In this document: piece by piece, positions 55,466 to 64,000 of the stretch
Layout of the letters: every line of letters starts with the position of its first letter
How positions within the stretch are numbered: the first letter of the stretch is position 1
Origin: Tubulanus polymorphus
Lineage: Eukaryota > Animalia > Nemertea
Reading direction: 5' to 3'
Length of the DNA: 64,000 nucleotides
Assembly: GCF_964204645.1 (NCBI RefSeq)
Contig: NC_134035.1
Span: forward strand, 12,556,451-12,620,450
Made by a program: the position numbers and the translations under genes
Notes under the pieces: model-generated
Told to the model about the DNA's origin: nothing
Databases searched by the model: none
The model's input: the letters and a program-made list of their open reading frames with translations, nothing else

Positions 55466-57864
55466 CAAGGTTTGGGCTTCACCGACTGTAACGCGTCTGA
55501 ATTTTACTGAGACACCTTATCACCTTACCTTACACCATGTGATTTTCTTAAAGTGTATGGTTGCTATGTACCTCTGAATCAATACAAGACGCATTTGTGA
55601 AGTAATTAGGGCGGTGGGCGTAATAACGATTAAAAGAGAATTCACGATTTCGATAAGAATTGATCGTATAACAAACCTAATCCAAGGATAAGGTTCTTAT
55701 TTCGTCTGGTAAAAATTGCTGTCTATCTAATTAAAGTCTAAATATATTCTCTATCTAAAATAAAACTCACACAGTTCGATACATTGTCTCAATCCTATCG
55801 TCAGACTGAATAAAGAAATCCCAGCATTTCATCAACATTGTGGGATTCTTATTTCATTTAAAAACTAAGGAAAACATCGTCAAATTCGTTATCTTATTTT
55901 CAACAAAATCTATATAAAGCAAGATATGCGTCGAAATCTAAAGAAAAATAACTAGAAACCATTATATCCGGGATGTAGTAATGAAAAACGTTAAAAAATC
56001 CCACAATTGTAACTGAACTAAAAGTTGATTAAAAATCGAATTATTTCGGGTGTTAACAAGCCGTTTCTTCATTACGACTTTTAGACCAAAGAAGGGCGGC
56101 ACCGAAATATTTACGTTTTCTATAAACTTTTGAGGGATTTTTATGAATGTAAGGAAGGTTTCCATTTTAATGAGTTAAGATTGAAATTCAAATGATTTAA
56201 AGCGGTTAATTGTAGCTTATCGTTTAAGCGCACGAGTTGCTTGTGTAAAAGTCGATTTAAATTCTATGGTCGCCTCGGTGAGTAGAACAGTAGTGTTGTA
56301 GTTATTAGCTTTAATTAATCATGATCAATGTCGAACTTTAATGAAGCGAAAACCACAGAGTTTTCATTAAAAACTAAATACCACTGATAAACGTTATAGT
56401 CGAACCGCGAGCACGAGGAGACGATTCGAGCCGGGTCAAGCTGGCTGGAGAACCAGACCACAGTCGAATTTAGCCTGGGCCTAATTTGAGAGCGCGTTCG
56501 CAGGTTAATCACTGACTCGTTGCTAAAATGCTAACAATACGAAGCTGTGGCAAGTGAGGTCAGTCACTTTCAGAGCCAATACACAGTCACACGCAAAATA
56601 ATTTGACCTGTGCTGAAATTTGACACGGGCCTGGTCCGATACTACTGATCGGGACAAATTTGGTCAGTGTCAGCCAGTGCATTGGCGTGAACGCAAATAG
56701 GACGTTTCAGCTGTCAATCACAATTAAGAGGTTTGTCGTCTTACTGTTGATTTGATAAATAATTACCGACAGTTAGTGAAAGTGCGCATCAATAATTGTT
56801 AACTAAAACCATGCCCAGCTCGAGTGAGAAATTCCGGTTACAAATCGAGCATTTTATTCATTTACAACCGAGTCGTAAAATCTACCGGAAATCGGCCATT
56901 CCGCGCGTACTTCCGGTCCACTCGAAGCTAACGTCGATACGCCAGTGACGTCACGCGGTTACTATGTACACGCATGTGGTTACTAACCGGACGCGTGTAG
57001 TAGACACCATCCACGATGATATGTATAGTGAGAAATTTTGACAAAAGCTTTTCATTATAAAATATTATAAGGCAGGGAGGCCATATTTAAAGCCTGACGG
57101 CACTCACTAAACGAACAAATCGAAATAGCTCGTCATTTATATCTAAATAGGTTTAAATTATTAACTTGTTATTGAACACTTGAAAACCTAGCGTATCTAA
57201 ATGTGGTAGTTTAATTAATTTGATTCATATGTATTTCACCCGATAAGGGGATGTGATCCCGCGAAAAACGTTTACTGGTTTCAATAAACTGTTTATACTC
57301 ATTAGAAAACGAGGTTTATATTGTTATCGCTTCAGGAGTTTTTCACGGATTCATGAATTCACAACGCACTCATCACACCCGCACCGCGCACCCAGGGAAT
57401 GTGCATTTTTCGAATCAATAATATCGATGCGAAACTGAAGAAAAACAATTTTGATTTTATGCTAATGTAATAATGCACGTTCAGTCATCGCGCTGACAAT
57501 GTCTCAATATTGTTTCCTATCTGTGTTTGACCTCCGACCCGATTTTCTTATCGTCTGTTGCGGGTAGTTTATACTCTCTCAACACGCCGCGATACCCGAC
57601 AACGAAAATATGACAACCTTTTTCGTGCGCGGTTCCAGTCTTAATTAGGAGTCGAATGCAACGCCGATCTCTGCTGTAACGCCTCGCTTATTAACCAATA
57701 CATCAGAAAACAGTTCATTTACCCCATAAATCTTTTCCCCGGTTTTGGTTGTTTGGTTTTTACGCACGTATTGAAATAACAAGCGCGACTGAGTGATTCA
57801 AAATGAGCCGTTTTCGTCAATGCTTAGGTTCGAATACCGGTGGTGTCAGAGTTTCTTAGTCGAA

Positions 57865-58290
57865 GGTGTATCTCCTTTTAATCGGGAAAAAGCCAGCTGA
57901 AAACTGCTGATAATACACTCTGAGTGAGTTTGAGGCATGTGAAACGTTATAATTCTAGATCCTGTACAGTTGATGTAATGTGAAAAAGTGGAATCTGATC
58001 GATCTGAATCCGAAGATGTAAGATTGACTATAGAACTAAGATGGTCTTAAACTGGTCTTCTTTCTTCACTGGTGTCCCTCCCTTTAATCAGGAAAGGCAC
58101 CTCAAAACTGCTGATAGTATACACCCTGCGTGGCGCTCAGCGGTTTGAGGGGTGTGAAACGCTAAAATTCTAAGGCCCTGAACAGTTTTGATATAATGTC
58201 CAAAAGTGGTCGTGAATGTGAACGATCTGAATCCGAAGATGTAAGATTGACTCTCAGAACTAAGATTGGTCTTAAACTGGTCTTCTTTCT
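57865..58290. repeat. Imperfect tandem duplication (~210 bp) of a SINE/MITE composite
   Basis: aaaactgctgata...gtgaaacg...gatctgaatccgaagatgtaagattgact...ggtcttaaactggtcttctttct occurs twice. Confidence 0.8.
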
Positions 58291-60321
58291 AAGCCACGAT
58301 CGCTACCCCCTACCTTTGTTTAAAATCTGACGTAAATCATTAGAAATTAACTGATTTCCACTCGGAGACATAAACCAGATACTGTGCAAATGGCCCAAGA
58401 AGGGTCGACTGACTTTCTAACCTAAGGTTTCGTAAGGTTTTATAAAAGGTTTATTTTCCAGGTAAGAAGCCTCATCGCATTATTGATAAGTTGACGACGT
58501 GACCTTTCGTATATTAAGAAGAGCAGGTTACGTGTACTTTGAGCGAGTAATTTCGCGTTAACGACAATTATGAGTTCAGAGGTAATAAACCTGTGGTGTA
58601 TTTTAATTACTCGGTGTGAGTGCTTTGTTTAGTTTTCACGGATCGCTCCTAGCCGACGGCGTCTGTATTATTTGTCACGCGTTAAGTTCTAATGTAAATA
58701 TAAAAGGCAATCGAAAGATCGACAGCTTAATATCGAGTCAACGTTTCGTCGAGAATGTTTGCATTTTCCGTTTAATGACGGAGACGAAGCGACGATGATG
58801 AAATCAATCGGCAATCAGACGATCTTCGAGTGGTCGCGTGTAACCGCATTCGATGCCAAGTGGATGCGCGCTATGTCCGTCAAACAGATCTTATATACCT
58901 AATTGGAGGCGTGAATCGACATTTTAAGAGTTCATATCTCGTCGAAAAAGATGCAATTCAAAAAGATTCTGAAATATTTTCAACACAATTCTAAAATCAA
59001 TGAATATCAGGAGGGCCAGCGTCCAGAGTGGTCGCTTCAGTTTGATCGAAGAATCATTTTATTTCAACTACTCAAATGGAGTGTCAAAACCTACGTTCAA
59101 ATTGAAACTGGGTCCAGCATATCATTCACCGACATATTACAAATGATAACCCGGGATAATTGTAATTTTGAAATTGTTCTTTTTTTAATCGGATATGGAA
59201 TTACAGATATAGATGTATGGTCGGTCGGAAATTACAGAAGCTTTTCCACTAATGAAACACTATATTTCGCTTTTGGGCGTCATTTTGGCCTTCAGACGCA
59301 AACGGAATAAAGTAAATAATTAACAGCGATTCCTATTGACGGCCAAAAATTACAGTTCTATCTATAAATTACGAACCGCGGAAATTAAACCTTATAACTA
59401 CGTAATATTCTCTTCTACCGATTGAAAAATAAATATTCATCTTCAGAATCGAGTTGCGTAAAGTCAAACGATGATGTGGCACGCGTGGGTGAATACGAAA
59501 AGGTCGCACTACATTCCGGCGCCGTGATTTAGCGTTATGACAGATCACGTGGCCCGGCGCTTGCTCGCCATACATCGACGGGATTCATTAGGGCTGGATG
59601 ATGATTCCGCGTAGAGATCATTCTCAAATCGATGAATAGATTTCTCATCGTATAAAGCGAGAATTTTAACGTCGATCTCAATTAGTTTAAAAGATCTCAT
59701 TGTCGCGAGTGAAATTCGCGATTTCTTGCGCAAAACGTTGATTCGATTTTGAAATAGGAACGATTTCTTTGTACACGCTAAACGTAAAGGCAGTTTCGCA
59801 CTTTCTACTTGTAAAATTCTATTTGCTAATTTGTATAATAAATGAATCTTTAGTAAAGAAGCGACGCAGCGCGCGAGTTACTCTTCATCCGGGGGATTCG
59901 AAACATTACTCGAATTCCATTAAAATAACGTAAAATTTGACATAAAATATATCATATATAGGTTTTTTAAAAAGTAAGATTTATTACGGTATAATTTTTT
60001 ATTCAAATTACAAGAATTCATGAATTAAGATAAATGTAATTTTCTGCCAAGAAAGTGCTAATTAAAACCGACAGTACATTCGTGATCGCGGCAGTCTCTA
60101 CTGTGCTGGATATTTCGCTTTTAAGAATATTCTCTAAACCGATTAAATTGAGATCTATCAGCGCGATAACTAATTAACATAAAAACGCATAGTTCATTAT
60201 ACGATTAAAACTTTAATCGGGTACAACAAGAATGAATTGTCGCGTGTATGATACGCATTATACGTCACCATTACAACTCTGAAGTCACGATAGGTAAAAC
60301 ACAATATCCGTGTTGACGCGA

Positions 60322-60533
60322 TGAGGAGAGAATCCCACAATGATAATAAAAAGTCCGAAAATGAAACTTCGAGATAGTAGTTTATTCAACGTTTCGACTA
60401 TATCCTAATAGTCATCTTCAGGAATAATTATTCCTGAAGATGACTATTAGGATATAGTCGAAACGTTGAATAAACTACTATCTCGAAGTTTCATTTTCGG
60501 ACTTTTTATTATCATTGTGGGATTCTCTCCTCA
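60322..60533. mobile_element. Perfect 212-bp palindrome of Penelope-type pseudo-LTR sequence containing two opposed hammerhead motifs
   Basis: Spacer-less palindrome centred at 60427/60428. Each strand reads TTATTC-CTGAAGA-T-GACTAT-TAGGAT-ATAGTC-GAAAC-GTT-GAATAA. A 13-bp direct repeat aactctgaagtca lies at ~60275 and ~60533. Confidence 0.85.
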
Positions 60534-61847
60534 ACTCTGAAGTCATTTTGAGGACCAGCATTTGCGACTTTTGCAACCATCCAACCCCTCCCCCCGTGAT
60601 ATTGACCTTTGACCTTTCTCCCGTTTTTGGTAAGCGCCATTCATAACGTTTCTACTATTTACAAGGTGCTTAAGCCTATCCTACATATAAATCCCTTGTT
60701 TCTCATCACACGTATAACGCATATACACGTGAAATATATAGATTCTGAGCGCAAAGACGTCGAGCGGTACTCGCAATTAAACTACTGGCTCTAAATCGTT
60801 TCATTGTCCATGATTAAACTATTTCTAACGAATGAATTTCGTAGTTTTCCTGTAAAACGTTGTTGAATGATTCATCGATCATTGATGACGTCGCATCCGT
60901 CGTTGTCCATTTACGGATTGCATCTAGTCGAAACATGTTCGGTATCGTGTTGTCTTAAGAAATTCACCAGATATCTTGGTTTTGTCGATCGGCGACGAGC
61001 GAACGAGCGAGCGAGAGAGCGAGTCGGCGCTGTCGTTTCCCGAAGGCGATTTTACTAGATTCAAACACGAGGGAATGAGAATACGCCGAGTATTGCACAG
61101 ATGTGATGATACCCGAGGCCCTGAAATCCGTCATCGTTGAGGCGCGATTCAATATTCTTAAATTTAACGCACACGCAACACATTCCAAACCCGACGGTCA
61201 AATACGAAACGGGTACGTTGCTGCAGTCAATATTGAAAAGAGATTTCTCTATCGAAATGTGTTGTTCTTTAACTAATACTGCACTAGTAAAATATTCAAA
61301 TCCTCAGTAATCTCGTTGAAGCTTGTGGACAGGACCAAAGAAAAAAAATCAAAAACCATCGAAATCTGACGGGATTGATTTCGTGGATTATCGAATCTTT
61401 AAATCAACTATTGCATAACTGCCGATGCCAAATTATCTCTTATTGAGCTAATTCTTCGAAACTTTACGTTTTAAAACGTTGTTTTTAATTGATGTTTAAC
61501 CGAATGACAATTTTTCATCCACGAATTTCAACATGATATAACAGTCATAGTTATAATGGTAATATAGCACTCGCTTTTCAATTCAAAAAGCCTTTTACTC
61601 CGTGAACTGCTTCAAAAGCATTTAACACAAAATAGAAATTTAAGAAAAACAGTGGCGAAATTAACACCAAAGTGATGTCGTCATGCTAGTGTTAAGTGCG
61701 CGCTGCAGAACGCGTTGGGGAAGTTGTTCGTATAAGCCACGGTTGTGCGGGGAAACCGAGGTGCTCTAGAGGCCGAGAACATTGATGATGAAAATCAAGG
61801 TTTCGCATGGCTAAATTCACACCGATCGTATGTTTATGTTTATACGT

Positions 61848-62014
<167 letters not shown>

Positions 62015-63829
62015 AACAAAAGCAGCCGAAACAGTTTCAATTACGAAATAGGAAAAAATAGAATCCGATACGAACCGGACTGATAGAAAAACCTGTTAGG
62101 TGCGCCGGCGCACGGAAATGAAACGACATGACGAATTCCTAATGAATTTTTGCTTTCTAAAATGACACTTCACACAGACCACGTTTCGCTGAAGGACGTT
62201 TATAAACCGCCGTCACTTAATGAAGTTCCGGTTTAGGTAAGGTGTACATTTATCGATATATGCGGAGAGTGAGGAAGGACGAACTGGTTAGAAGAATACC
62301 GGTTTTCTGATCTCACTCTGTCTGAGATTTGTTAGCGGTTTCGATATATCTTATTAAGTGAATTGATTTGTAAGCAGCTTGATGTCTAGCGGTCTACGCA
62401 AAGACGGCCGACTAACGTCTTAAGCCGGATCCGCACTAACAAAGTCACACGGCGGACTAACGTATACAAGCCGGACTCGTACTCCGGACTCGATCATCCG
62501 GACTAACGTCTAAAAACCGGACCCGGACTCAAAGTATGACTGACACATATATCCCCCAAGTTAGTCTACCTGAAAATTCATCGAAGTTTATCATGGTCGT
62601 GTGGTTTCTGTTTAAAGCGGGCGGCAGAAAACCCGTTATTATTTATGGGGTTAAGAAACTCGTAATCCCGGCGCGTCGTACAGTTCGGTTTTGATATCGT
62701 TGTGGCGCGGTTTATCGGTTTAACAGTTGTCTAGAGCTGTCGCGATCGACGGAAAGATGAACCATGACTCCGTATGACAGCCGGCAATGCGCGCAACTAA
62801 TATAAAATTCAAACGCTGGACGCGGCTACTTTTTATTGTCGCTGTCGTATCGCGTACGTGGCGCGAGGAGTCACAGCCCTCTCAGAGAGTTGTTAACTAA
62901 ACGAGAAAACTAACTAGAAAGTTCATTGACGCTTTGAGCAATAGCACATATTATATATTGTTTAGGATTATGAATAATACGACGATATGAATTACCGGTA
63001 CATTATATCAAGTCGGATCCTGTTACATTTTTCTTCGTTAGCTTTTATTTCAATATCATGTAACATTTGAAAATGAATATCAATTTCACGGATCAACGTA
63101 AGTTATTTGCGTGCTGAATATATCGATAATTGAATTGAATTGGCCGGCAACCAGTCTAGCCCCGATATATTGATGATGTAGTGCACATCATCTCAAAAGT
63201 AATTGTCTAAATTTGTAAAAAAGAAAGAAAGAAAAGAGTCGTGAAATATAATTGATTACAAAATGAACGCCAAAATCCATAAATGTAACTTTGGGTCTGT
63301 TTTTACGAAATGGTTTGACTAAGTTTGAATAATTTTTGAATGAATTCCAGAATCGTTTCAGTCGGTCAAACATGGAAATGTCTTTGTGAAATCTAATCGA
63401 TCTAAATCGTTCTGAAATTACTCATTGCAGTCAATATACGTTATACGATATACGATTTACGATATACGACATACGACGTAGAACAAAGGCAGCGCGACAC
63501 ATCTTATTATCACACGATTTGTCTTCGTCGTCGTTTCAACAAATGACTTTACTTAAGCGTTATCGTCGGTTCATATTTAATTCACGACCGACATTCTTTT
63601 CATGTACAGATTATCATTTTGTCTGGTTACGAATGATTGCGTTGTGCGCGCCCACCAGTCTAGACGCGGATAGTTGAGTTCTTGTACCCCCTCATTTAGC
63701 AAGCACCTGCCCAGCATTCCCGATTTAGTATTGTCTTGTTTCTCATTTATAACTTCTTCCATTTCCACATCAGTTAAATCTTACCAGGTTTGTGGACCGA
63801 GTTCTGCAATTCTGTATGTTTAATTTGTC

Positions 63830-64000
63830 TCTGGGTCCAGTTCCACAGTTATGAGTTTAATTTGACTCTGGATCCAGTTCCACAGTTGTGTGAGTTTAAT
63901 TTCGCTCTAGACCCAGTTCCACCAGATACGTGGGTTTGATTTGACTCTGGATCCATTTCCACAGTTGTGTGAGTTTAATTTGACTGTGGATCGAGTTCCA
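63830..64000. repeat. ~40-bp tandem array of the ccagttccacagttgtg family, running off the window end
   Basis: Repeated ccagttccacagttgtg...tttaatttgactctggat units. Confidence 0.9.

Overview
AT-rich, intron-containing animal genomic DNA, most likely a lophotrochozoan invertebrate (inferred from gene and repeat content). The ORF track misses most genes because they are spliced, so the models below were built by hand from GT-AG sites and exon phase. (1) The 3' part of a nicotinic acetylcholine receptor alpha-type subunit (+, 1083-6985), with a 1.76-kb foldback element in its intron. (2) A 12-exon, ~1101-aa Golgi-type protein (+, 9361-16597) made of a TM anchor, a catalytically degenerate GT7 domain, an intact beta-1,4-GalNAc-transferase-type GT7 domain and a ~510-aa charged tail. 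(3) A 3-coding-exon, 109-aa neuropeptide precursor (+, 19974-26282) yielding a 41-aa calcitonin-like Pro-amide peptide with two Cys pairs. (4) An apparently intact 9.75-kb EnSpm/CACTA transposon (26430-36181; 19-bp TIRs, TT TSD) carrying an 843-aa transposase and a 15-exon accessory gene with a CIDE-N-like N-terminus and tandemly amplified exons. (5) A secreted, strongly basic His/Lys/Arg protein with no Asp or Glu (-, 37616 to ~38502). (6) From ~39 kb on, mostly non-coding DNA with LINE fragments, MITEs, minisatellites, Penelope-type minimal hammerhead ribozyme motifs (one in a perfect 212-bp palindrome) and a probable signal-peptide first exon at 50935. No database searches were run; family assignments rest on recognised motifs.
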